Assembly: GCA_044867345.1 (NCBI GenBank)
Contig: JBIOUU010000186.1
Coordinates: 3,895 to 67,894 of the forward strand
DNA length: 64,000 bases
Source: Actinomycetota bacterium
Lineage (GTDB): Bacteria; Actinomycetota; UBA4738; HRBIN12
Reading direction: 5' to 3'
The notes under the pieces were generated by a model. It had not been told where the DNA came from, did not search any database, and saw nothing but the letters and a program-made list of their open reading frames with translations. The first letter of the stretch is position 1. Every line of letters starts with the position of its first letter. Positions 44,817 to 52,825 of the stretch are shown in pieces. The position numbers and the translations under genes are program-made.

Positions 44817-46000
44817 CGACGTCCCTGCCGGGCCGACCACACCTTCAGGGGCATGCCCCACAACCTGATGAAGCCCTCGGCGTGGCGATGGTCGAACGCG
44901 TCCTCCGGTCCGTACGTCGCCAGGCCGACGTCGTAGAGCGAGGCCTCAGAGCGCCTCCCGACCACCGTGCACTCGCCGGGCGAGAACTGAAGCCGAACCT
45001 CACCGCTCACGTGCTCCTGGGTGGACTCGACGAACGCGTCGAGCGCGGCGCGAAGCGGGGAGAACCACAGGCCGTCGTAGACGAGCTCGGCCCACCGTTG
45101 TTCGATCGCCGGCTTCGCGTGCGCCACCTCGCGTTCGAGGGTCAGATCCTCGAGCGCCCGATGCGCCGAGATGAGGGCCATCGCCCCGGGAACCTCGTAG
45201 AGCTCGCGCGACTTGATCCCGACCCTGCGGTTCTCGATCATGTCCACCCGTCCGAAGCCGTATCGGCCGCCGAGCGCGTCCACGGCACGGACCAGGTCCG
45301 GGAGCGCCGTGAGATCGCCGTCGAGCATGACGGGCACCCCCTGCTCGAAACCCACCGCCGTTTCGGTGGGCTCGGACGGCCGGTCCGAGGTGGCGGCGGT
45401 CCGGGCGAACGCGTCCTCGGGTGGCGCCATCCACGGGTCCTCGAGCGGCCCGCACTCGGCGGTGCGCCCCCACAGGTTCTCATCGATCGAGTACGCAGTC
45501 GCCACGTGGGCGATGGGAATGCCCCACTCGGCGGCCAGGCCGAGGGCCTTCTCCCGGGGGATGCCGGCGTCGCGGATCGGCGCGAGAACCTGGAGGTCGG
45601 GGGCCAGGACGCCGAACGAGACCTCGAACCGCACCTGGTCGTTGCCCTTGCCGGTGCACCCGTGGGCCACGGCATCGGCGCCGACCTCTCGGGCCACCTT
45701 CACCACCTCGTCGGCGATGAGCGGCCGCGCCAGGGACGACACGAGCGGATACTTCCCTTCATACAGGGCGTTCGCCTTGACCGCCCGGGCAAGGAACTCC
45801 CCGGCGAACCGATCGACGGCCGGGACCACCCGGACCTCGGCCGCGCCGGCCAGGACGCCGCGCTCCCCGATGGCGTCGAAGTCCTCCTGCTGCCCCACGT
45901 CAACGGCGACGGCGAACACCTCGTAGCCCTGCTCGACCAGCCACCGGATCGTGACCGACGTGTCCAGGCCGCCGGAATACGCCAGAACCGCTCGCTTCAT
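44813..46000 (-). CDS. argG: argininosuccinate synthase
   Basis: AYSGGLDTSV ATP-binding motif and GCTGKGNDQVRFE. Confidence 0.95.
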   Translation of the reverse strand: MKRAVLAYSGGLDTSVTIRWLVEQGYEVFAVAVDVGQQEDFDAIGERGVLAGAAEVRVVPAVDRFAGEFLARAVKANALYEGKYPLVSSLARPLIADEVVKVAREVGADAVAHGCTGKGNDQVRFEVSFGVLAPDLQVLAPIRDAGIPREKALGLAAEWGIPIAHVATAYSIDENLWGRTAECGPLEDPWMAPPEDAFARTAATSDRPSEPTETAVGFEQGVPVMLDGDLTALPDLVRAVDALGGRYGFGRVDMIENRRVGIKSRELYEVPGAMALISAHRALEDLTLEREVAHAKPAIEQRWAELVYDGLWFSPLRAALDAFVESTQEHVSGEVRLQFSPGECTVVGRRSEASLYDVGLATYGPEDAFDHRHAEGFIRLWGMPLKVWSARQGRR

Positions 46001-46031
46001 CGCTCGTCCTCCATCGTGTTCGTGGCGCCGG

Positions 46032-46508
46032 TCATCGCTTCTCCATGGCCTTGCGCAACGCTCGTTCCACCGAGCGGGCCGAGACCCCGTCCGCGGGGAC
46101 GACCAGGATCGTGTTGTCGCCGGCCACCGTTCCCGCCACCCCGGCCAGGGGGGCGGTGTCGATGGCCTCGGCCAACGCGCTCGCCGCGCCGGGCGGGGTC
46201 CGCACGAGCAGCAGGCGATTCGCGGCGACGAAGGAGAGGGCGAACTCCCGCAGGGCGTGGCGAAGCAAGGTGGCCGGCGCGCTCGAGAGGCCTCGGCCGG
46301 GAACGACGTAGCGCACGCCCTCCGGATCGTGCACGCGGGCCAGCCCGAGCTCCTCGATGTCGCGGGAGATCGTGGACTGCGTGGCCGGCAGGCCCATTCG
46401 GCGCAGGCGGGCCCGGATCTCCTCCTGCGAGCCCAGCCGCTCCCGCCCGAGGAGCGACAGGATGGCCTGTTGCCGCCGAGCCTTGGTCGCGCCGCCGTTG
46501 CGGTTCAC
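46032..46508 (-). CDS. argR: arginine repressor
   Basis: Winged-helix N-terminus (QEEIRARLRRMGLPATQSTISRDIEELGL) and C-terminal oligomerisation domain (GTVAGDNTILVV). Confidence 0.9.
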   Translation of the reverse strand: MNRNGGATKARRQQAILSLLGRERLGSQEEIRARLRRMGLPATQSTISRDIEELGLARVHDPEGVRYVVPGRGLSSAPATLLRHALREFALSFVAANRLLLVRTPPGAASALAEAIDTAPLAGVAGTVAGDNTILVVPADGVSARSVERALRKAMEKR

Positions 46509-47407
46509 GGCGTCCCCTCCTCGGCTGGGGCGTCGACCGCGATCATCGTGCCGATCCCCTCCGGCGTGAACAGTTCCAGGACCAGCGCGTGCTCCACCCG
46601 CCCATCGAGGAAGTGCACCCGTGGCACGCCCGCCTTCAGCGCGCGCACGGCGCTCTCGAGCTTGGGGATCATGCCGCCTTCGACGGCGTCCGGGTGAGCC
46701 AGGAGATCGAGGACCTCCTGCACGCCGAGCTCCGAGAGCAAGTCGCCGTCCGGCCCGATCAGCCCGGGTACGTCGTTCATGTACACGAGCTTCTCCGCTG
46801 ACAGGGCAACCGCGAGCTCCGCGGCGACGACATCGGCGTTCACGTTGTACGCGTGTCCGTCGTCCCCGATCGCGATCGAGGCGATCACCGGGACGAAGCG
46901 CTGATCCATGAGCGCCCGGACGACCGCCCCGTTCACCCGGACCACCTCGCCGACGAACCCGAGGTCCGGAGGCTCCCGCCGGCGTGCCACCACCAGTCCT
47001 CCGTCCACGCCCGAGAGTCCGACGGCCTGGACCCCGCAGCCGAGGAGGGTCCCGACGACCTCGGTGTTCACCTTCCCGGCGAGGACCATCGTGGCCACGT
47101 CGAGTGTCGGTTCGTCGGTGATCCTGAGCCCTCCCACGAACATCGTGGGTAGGCCGAGGCGGGTCGAGACCTCCGTCACCTGTGGTCCTCCGCCGTGAAC
47201 GATCAAGGGGTGGATGCCGACGTGCTGGAGCAGTGCCAGGTCGTTCCCGAACGACCTCGACAGGGGGGCACGCTCCATCGCCGCGCCGCCGTACTTGACG
47301 ACGATGGTCTTGCCCCAGTGCTCCTTGATGAACGGGAGGGCCTCGAGGAGCGTCCGGGCCTTGGACACGGTTCGTTCCCGGATCTTCGGCGGCTGGTCGA
47401 CGCTCAC
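46505..47407 (-). CDS. argB: acetylglutamate kinase
   Basis: VVKYGGAAM, IVHGGGPQ and NVNADVVAAELA motifs. 4-nt overlaps with both neighbours. Confidence 0.95.
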   Translation of the reverse strand: MSVDQPPKIRERTVSKARTLLEALPFIKEHWGKTIVVKYGGAAMERAPLSRSFGNDLALLQHVGIHPLIVHGGGPQVTEVSTRLGLPTMFVGGLRITDEPTLDVATMVLAGKVNTEVVGTLLGCGVQAVGLSGVDGGLVVARRREPPDLGFVGEVVRVNGAVVRALMDQRFVPVIASIAIGDDGHAYNVNADVVAAELAVALSAEKLVYMNDVPGLIGPDGDLLSELGVQEVLDLLAHPDAVEGGMIPKLESAVRALKAGVPRVHFLDGRVEHALVLELFTPEGIGTMIAVDAPAEEGTP

Positions 47408-48597
47408 GTCGAGTACTCCGCGTTGATCTTCACGTAGTCGTACGACAGGTCGACGCCGAGGGCCCGGCTGTGGCCGGGACCGTTGCCCACCGAGACCCCG
47501 ATCACGACCTCCCGCTCCCTCACGGCCGCCCGGGCCTCCTCCAGGCCAGCCTCGCGATACGCGGCCGGGATCTCCCCGCCCGCGATCACCTGGATGTCGC
47601 CGATGAACGCGTCGACCAGCTGCGGTAGGAACGACGCCCCGGAGGACCCCACCGCCTGCAGGATGCGCCCCGGATTGGGGTCCCCTCCGAACACGGCGGT
47701 CTTCACGAGCAACGAGTCCGCAACCGCCTTCGCCACCATGCGGGCCTCCGACACCGACTCGGCCCCCGACACCTCCACCAGGACGACGTGGCCGGCCCCC
47801 TCGGCATCCGCGGCGAGCTGGAGCAGGAGGGACGTGCCCACCTCATCCAGCGCCGCCGACACGTCCTCCCACGGGGAGGTCCCCGGCACGACGAGGTCGC
47901 CACCCGCAGCCCCGCTGGCGAAGACCAGGACGGTGTCGTTGGTGCTGGTGCAGCCGTCGACGGTGAGCGACTCGAACTTCGGCTCCAGCACGTCGGCCGC
48001 GAGCTTTCGAAGCTCGGCCGAGGGGACGGGGGCGTCCGTCGTGACGAACGCGAGCATCGTGGCCAGATGGAGATCGGGCGCGATCATCCCCACGCCTTTC
48101 GCGCATCCGCCCACCCGGTAGGGGCCACGCTCGGCTCGGGCCTGCTTGGGCTTCGTGTCGGTGGTCATGATGGCTTCGGCGAAGCGCTCGCCGCCCTCCG
48201 GCGAGAGCGAGCCGGCCAGCCCGGGGAGCGCCGCGAGCAGCTGGTCCATGTGGAGCGGTTCGCCGATGACACCGGTGGAGCAGGCCAGCACCGCATCAGG
48301 CTCGATGTCGAGCAGCTCGGCGGCCGCGCCGGTGGAGCGCTCGGCGTCGTTGTCGCCCGACAGCCCGGTCCCCGCGTTCGCCTGGCCGCTGTTGACGAGC
48401 ACCGCCCGGGCCCCGCCCCGAGCGACGCGGTGTCGGGACAGGCGGACCGGCGCGGCGGCGAACGCGTTCGTGGTGAACAGGCCGGCGGCCGAGCGGCCCT
48501 CGTCGGCGACCAACAGGCCGAGGTCCGGCCGGCCGGAGGGCTTCATCCCGGCCGTCACCCCCGCTGCGCGGAACCCCCGGGCGAACGTCACGCTCAC
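47404..48597 (-). CDS. argJ: bifunctional ornithine acetyltransferase / N-acetylglutamate synthase
   Basis: FRAAGVTAGMK N-terminus and autoprocessing site region ATMLAFVTTDA. GTG 48597 forms a GTGA overlap with the argC stop. Track ORF 47404..49299 is over-extended. Confidence 0.9.
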   Translation of the reverse strand: MSVTFARGFRAAGVTAGMKPSGRPDLGLLVADEGRSAAGLFTTNAFAAAPVRLSRHRVARGGARAVLVNSGQANAGTGLSGDNDAERSTGAAAELLDIEPDAVLACSTGVIGEPLHMDQLLAALPGLAGSLSPEGGERFAEAIMTTDTKPKQARAERGPYRVGGCAKGVGMIAPDLHLATMLAFVTTDAPVPSAELRKLAADVLEPKFESLTVDGCTSTNDTVLVFASGAAGGDLVVPGTSPWEDVSAALDEVGTSLLLQLAADAEGAGHVVLVEVSGAESVSEARMVAKAVADSLLVKTAVFGGDPNPGRILQAVGSSGASFLPQLVDAFIGDIQVIAGGEIPAAYREAGLEEARAAVREREVVIGVSVGNGPGHSRALGVDLSYDYVKINAEYST

Positions 48598-49655
48598 GGG
48601 TACACCGCCGTCGCCGTGAGCCCGGTGGTCTGCTCGAAACCGGCCATGAGGTTCATGTTCTGCACGGCCTGGCCGGCGGCCCCTTTCACCAGATTGTCGA
48701 GCGCGCCGGCGACGATGGCCGTCCCGGTTCTGCGATCCGCCACCGCCTGGAGCTCGACCAGGTTCGACCCCCGGGTCCGTTTGGTGTCGGCCATGTCGCC
48801 CGGAGGCAGCACCCGCACGAACGGCGCGCCCGCGTAAGCGGAATCGAGGCAGCCGGTCAGCGAATCCGTGGTCGCCCCTGGTGCCAGTGGTGCGTAGCAC
48901 GTCACCAGCACGCCGCGAACGGACGGAACGAGGTGAGGGACGAACGAGACCGCGACAGGGATGCCGGAGGCGAGCTCGAGGACACGCTCCATCTCTGGCG
49001 TGTGCTGATGCCTCGGGAAACGGTAGGGGCGAACGCTCTCCTCGGTCGCAGCGTACGAGGTTGCCTCGGCGAGCGCCCTGCCCGCGCCGGACAGCCCGGT
49101 CTTGCCGTCCACCACGATCGGCTCGGACCCGATCTGTCCTGCCGCAAGGAGCGGGGCGAGGCCGAGGACGACCGGCGTCGGGTAGCAGCCCGGATTGGCC
49201 ACGAGCGACGCCCCGGCGATTTCGTCGGCGAAGACCTCGGGCAGCCCGTAGACGGCCTTCTCCAGCCAGGACGGGGCGGGATGCTCGAACCCGTACCACT
49301 CCGGATACGCGGTCGCCGGGAGCCGGAAGTCGCCGGCCAGGTCCACCACCCGGAGACCGGCGTCCAGCATCGCGGGGGCGATGGCCGCGCTGGCCCCGTG
49401 CGCAAGCGAGAGGAACGCAAAGGACGCCTGATCGGCCACCGAGGCGGGGTCGAGCGGAGCCAGCACCCGTCCCCCGACGGGAGAGGCGGCGAGGTGAGGA
49501 TGGACCTCCGCCAGCTCGCGGCCGGCCGACTCGTTCGCCGCCAGATGCCCGATCTTCACGTTCGGATGCGCCAGGAGCAGGCGCACCAGCTCGCCCCCGG
49601 CATAGCCGGAGGCACCGAGAACGGCCACGCGCAGACGGGCGCTCTCACCGAGCAT
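48594..49655 (-). CDS. argC: N-acetyl-gamma-glutamyl-phosphate reductase
   Basis: VAVLGASGYAGGELVRLL Rossmann motif and active-site NPGCYPT. An alternative in-frame GTG start exists at 49628. Confidence 0.93.
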   Translation of the reverse strand: MLGESARLRVAVLGASGYAGGELVRLLLAHPNVKIGHLAANESAGRELAEVHPHLAASPVGGRVLAPLDPASVADQASFAFLSLAHGASAAIAPAMLDAGLRVVDLAGDFRLPATAYPEWYGFEHPAPSWLEKAVYGLPEVFADEIAGASLVANPGCYPTPVVLGLAPLLAAGQIGSEPIVVDGKTGLSGAGRALAEATSYAATEESVRPYRFPRHQHTPEMERVLELASGIPVAVSFVPHLVPSVRGVLVTCYAPLAPGATTDSLTGCLDSAYAGAPFVRVLPPGDMADTKRTRGSNLVELQAVADRRTGTAIVAGALDNLVKGAAGQAVQNMNLMAGFEQTTGLTATAVYP

Positions 49656-49657
49656 GC

Positions 49658-49692
49658 TGCATATTCATGCATAGGTTGCATGAACATGTCAA
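49658..49692 (-). promoter_or_regulatory. tandem ARG-box-like operator (probable ArgR binding site) upstream of argC
   Basis: TGCATATTCATGCATA (49658..49673) and TTGCATGAACATGTCAA (49676..49692). Palindromic TGCAT/ATGCA half-sites. One of the most AT-rich stretches I noticed by eye, directly upstream of the arg operon that encodes ArgR. Confidence 0.6.
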
Positions 49693-49812
49693 TGGCCCCG
49701 GGAACCGGCGCCTTCCTCCCCGTCATTGCCTTACGGAAAGGACTGGGAGGACATACCATCCTGCACGCTCTTCGCCGGCAGGAGGCTGGGGCTGGTCGGG
49801 AATGGAGGTCAC

Positions 49813-50304
49813 ATGCGAAGACTGATGGTCGTGATCACGGCGGTGGGGCTCCTCGGCGGGGCGGCGTGGGCCGTCGGTGCTCAGACCATCGGCGGCGTGA
49901 CCCCAGTGAAGTGCATGGACTCCGTGTGGCAGACCACCGCCCAGTCCACGTCCTCGACGCAGTGGGCGAACGTTCCTGGATTCAGCGACCACCCCATCGC
50001 GATCTACCCCATCGCGATCGACGTCAGCGCGCTCGTCTCCGGAGGACCGGTGGAGTTCCGCATCCTGAGCACCAACGTGGGCGGGCAGACCTTCGTCAGC
50101 AAGCCGGGTCCGACTCGGTTCGTCGCCGGCGGGGGCGGCCCCAACTCATTCGCGTACCGATGGATCGAGCGGGACCAGGTGGCGGCCACCCACGGAAACT
50201 CCCTCCGGCTGCAATGGCGGAGCCCGAGCGGCGCTGCCGTCCAGCTTCAGCGAGGCGACATGTCGGTGCTGTACACGACGGACGTGTGCCAGGGGTCCTC
50301 GTAG
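49813..50304 (+). CDS. hypothetical secreted protein
   Basis: ATG 49813 behind GGAGG. Signal peptide MRRLMVVITAVGLLGGAAWAVGA. No family recognised. Confidence 0.5.
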   Translation: MRRLMVVITAVGLLGGAAWAVGAQTIGGVTPVKCMDSVWQTTAQSTSSTQWANVPGFSDHPIAIYPIAIDVSALVSGGPVEFRILSTNVGGQTFVSKPGPTRFVAGGGGPNSFAYRWIERDQVAATHGNSLRLQWRSPSGAAVQLQRGDMSVLYTTDVCQGSS

Positions 50305-50357
50305 AGCGCCGGGCTTCGTGCCGGCATCCATCGCGCTCGGCTCCCGACGGCCAGCCT

Positions 50358-50594
50358 TTACGAGCTGCGTTTGCGGGCCGAGGCCCTGCCGCCCTTGCGA
50401 CCTGCCGCCTTCTTCTGCGCGGTCGTGCCACCTTGCGAGGCGGATGACCGGCCGCCTGAGCCGGACTTTCGGCCGCCCCTGCTGGACGCGCCCGGCGAGT
50501 TGGCGATCCTTGCCGCCCGCTCCTTCGACATCCCCTTCCGCTACACCGCCTCGTACTGCTTCTCGTTCTTCACGCTCGGGCGCTTGTCAGGCAT
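50358..50594 (-). pseudogene. small Lys/Arg/Gly/Ser-rich protein gene (DUF7218 / Rho_N-like family, by recollection) interrupted by an in-frame TAG
   Basis: ATG 50594 behind AAAAGGAGG. TAG at 50543..50541 after 17 codons. The same frame continues for 60 codons to TAA 50360..50358. Family-like sequence lies on both sides of the stop. Confidence 0.6.
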
Positions 50595-50679
50595 GGCGAC
50601 CTCCTTTTGTCCACGTTCAGTGATTCCCCGATTCGTTCGGAGGAAACGGGTGTGGTAGAAGGTTGACGGTTCAAAGGGG

Positions 50680-51621
50680 GTGGGCGAGATGTCCGCAACT
50701 CGTCGTCGGCTGACGCTGTGCGTCACCGTCTCGCTCGCGGCGCTGTCCCTGCTCGTTCTCGCCGTGCCGGCCTGGGCCGCCGACTCCGGCACGGACGATC
50801 CCCAGATCGTGTTGACCGGCCAGGTGGTGGTTGCCGCGGGCCAGACCGTCGGCGACGTGGTGATCTTCAACGGTCCGGCCACCATCGAGGGGACGGTACG
50901 GGGCTCCGTCACCTCCTTCAACGGCGACGTATCGATCTCGGGCACTGTCACCGGCGACGTCACGTCGTTCAACGGAGACGTCACCGTGGCCTCCGGCGCC
51001 CGGATCGGCGGGGATCTGGTGACCCAGTCGGCGCCGAACGTCGCCTCCGGGGCGACGGTCGAGGGCGACCGCCGGCGGGTGAACCGCGACGTGATCTTCG
51101 GCCGCTTCACCTGGATCAGCCGGTTCGCCGTGTGGGTGGCCGTCTCGGTCTCGATCCTGGTGCTCGGGCTGCTCCTCCTCCTGTTCGCGCCGAGGGCGGC
51201 CGAGTCCGTCGCCGTCGCGGCGAGGGAACGGATCGGTGCGTCGATCGGCTGGGGGGTCGGCCTGTTCTTCGGGCTCCCCATCGTGTCCGTGATCGCGCTG
51301 GTCACCATCGTGGGCATCCCGTTCGGCGTGGGGATGCTCCTCGGTCTCGCGCTCATCTACTCGCTCGGGTACACGGCCTCGTGCCTCGCCCTGGGTCGGG
51401 CCCTGATCAAGCCGCCGACCAGCCGATACCTGGCGTTCCTCGCGGGGTGGGCCATCGTTCGCGTCGCATCGCTCGTCCCGTTCGTCTCCGGCCTGGTGTG
51501 GTTCGTGGCGGTCGTGTACGGGCTCGGCATCCTCGCGGTGGCGGCTCGCCGCAAGGAGGCGATGGTGGGCGTCGCGGCGCCGGCGACGATGCCTCTACCA
51601 CCGCCGCCCGCTCCGGCCTGA
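50680..51621 (+). CDS. membrane protein with N-terminal bactofilin-like beta-helix repeats and C-terminal multi-TM domain
   Basis: Signal/TM segment, then repeats GTVRGSVTSFNGDVSISGTVTGDVTSFNGDVTVASGARIGGDLV, then 5-6 hydrophobic helices. Confidence 0.6.
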   Translation: MGEMSATRRRLTLCVTVSLAALSLLVLAVPAWAADSGTDDPQIVLTGQVVVAAGQTVGDVVIFNGPATIEGTVRGSVTSFNGDVSISGTVTGDVTSFNGDVTVASGARIGGDLVTQSAPNVASGATVEGDRRRVNRDVIFGRFTWISRFAVWVAVSVSILVLGLLLLLFAPRAAESVAVAARERIGASIGWGVGLFFGLPIVSVIALVTIVGIPFGVGMLLGLALIYSLGYTASCLALGRALIKPPTSRYLAFLAGWAIVRVASLVPFVSGLVWFVAVVYGLGILAVAARRKEAMVGVAAPATMPLPPPPAPA

Positions 51622-51643
51622 CGGCAGCAGTACCATCGCCCTC

Positions 51644-52708
51644 ATGACCAAGGCTCCGGCCATCCACATGGTCCACGTGGCGGGCTCCCACCGGGAGGTG
51701 GGGGCGCAGATCGGATCGGCATGCGCGGACGTCCTGCGTGAGGCTGTGGAGTTCGACGCCGAGATTCCTCCGGGCCGCACCCGGGCCGATCAGCTGGCCC
51801 TGGCAGATCGGTACCGAGCGGTGACGGCCGAGGCGCACCCCTGGTACCTGGACGAGGTCGAGGGAGCCGCGGAGGCAGCCGAGGTGGATTCCCTGGCCCT
51901 TTTCGCGTGCGCCACCGAGGAGATCTGGCACGAGCCGCGCACCCATGCCCTCAAGGGCCGGTGCAGCGACCTGGTCGCCGTCCCGCCCGCCACCGCCGAC
52001 GACCGCGTCCTCGTGGCCCACAACAACGACATGCATCGCAAGTACCAGGAGCAGCTCGTCGCGATCGAGTGGGAGGTCCCGGGCGATCCCGTCGTGCTCA
52101 CCATCGGCAACGGGATCTGGATCAGCGTGGGGTGGAACTCGGCGGGGCTGTCGCTCACGGGAAACGAGCTCTCGCCGAACGACGAGCGGATCGGGGTCCC
52201 CCGCGAGATCCAGGTGCGATCCATGCTCCGGGGACCCACCATGGACATGATGGTCGGCGAGGCCCTCCGTCACGATCGCGCATCCTCCTACAACAACGTG
52301 CTCGTCTCCCGCGGGGGCGAGGTGGTGAACGTCGAGGGCTCGGCCATGTCCGCCGAGATGACCGAGCCGGACGAACGTGGCCACCTGGTCCACACCAACC
52401 ACTATGTCTGCGAGGGCATGCTCGGCTACGAGGGCGACCCCGACTACGCCGAGCATTCCGCCGTTCGGTACCGGCGGGCAACCGAGCTCCTCCGAGCCGA
52501 AGAGCCGGGCACGGTGACGGCCGACCGGCTGCGGACCATGCTGTCCGACCACGAGAACCCGCCCGACGCGCTGTGCCGGCACCCCGAGCGGTGGGGAGGC
52601 GACACGGCCACCGCGTTCTGGTGCGTGGCCGACGTGACCGACATGCGGATCACGTTCGGCCGCGGAAACCCCTGCGACTCGGTGGCGCAGGAGTACGCGT
52701 TCGCCTAG
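51644..52708 (+). CDS. peptidase C45 / acyl-CoA:6-APA acyltransferase-like Ntn hydrolase
   Basis: 354 aa. The pattern (GSHREVGAQIG..., GRCSDL putative nucleophile, VLVAHNND, HTNHY) recalls the C45 family. Confidence 0.65.
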   Translation: MTKAPAIHMVHVAGSHREVGAQIGSACADVLREAVEFDAEIPPGRTRADQLALADRYRAVTAEAHPWYLDEVEGAAEAAEVDSLALFACATEEIWHEPRTHALKGRCSDLVAVPPATADDRVLVAHNNDMHRKYQEQLVAIEWEVPGDPVVLTIGNGIWISVGWNSAGLSLTGNELSPNDERIGVPREIQVRSMLRGPTMDMMVGEALRHDRASSYNNVLVSRGGEVVNVEGSAMSAEMTEPDERGHLVHTNHYVCEGMLGYEGDPDYAEHSAVRYRRATELLRAEEPGTVTADRLRTMLSDHENPPDALCRHPERWGGDTATAFWCVADVTDMRITFGRGNPCDSVAQEYAFA

Positions 52709-52825
52709 CGGATCGCCGGCCGAGCCGGAGTGCGACGTGCCTCGCCTGCGGGCGTCGGTGCCGTCGAGTAGGCTTTCCGCCGCTCGAAGCTCCCCGTCCC
52801 TCGTCCCCCGCCGGAGGCTCACCGA

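Noticed and set aside
48598-49299. Extension of the argJ ORF (track 47404..49299) into argC
   Set aside because: ArgJ homology begins at VSVTFARGF (GTG 48597, GTGA coupling to the argC stop). The upstream part is an alternate frame of argC.
50541-50543. TAG reassignment (for example pyrrolysine or a sense recoding) as the explanation for the in-frame stop
   Set aside because: TAG terminates several well-defined genes in this window (ftsH, mgsA, moaE). I saw no pyl-type genes here. A single occurrence is more simply a mutation or an error.
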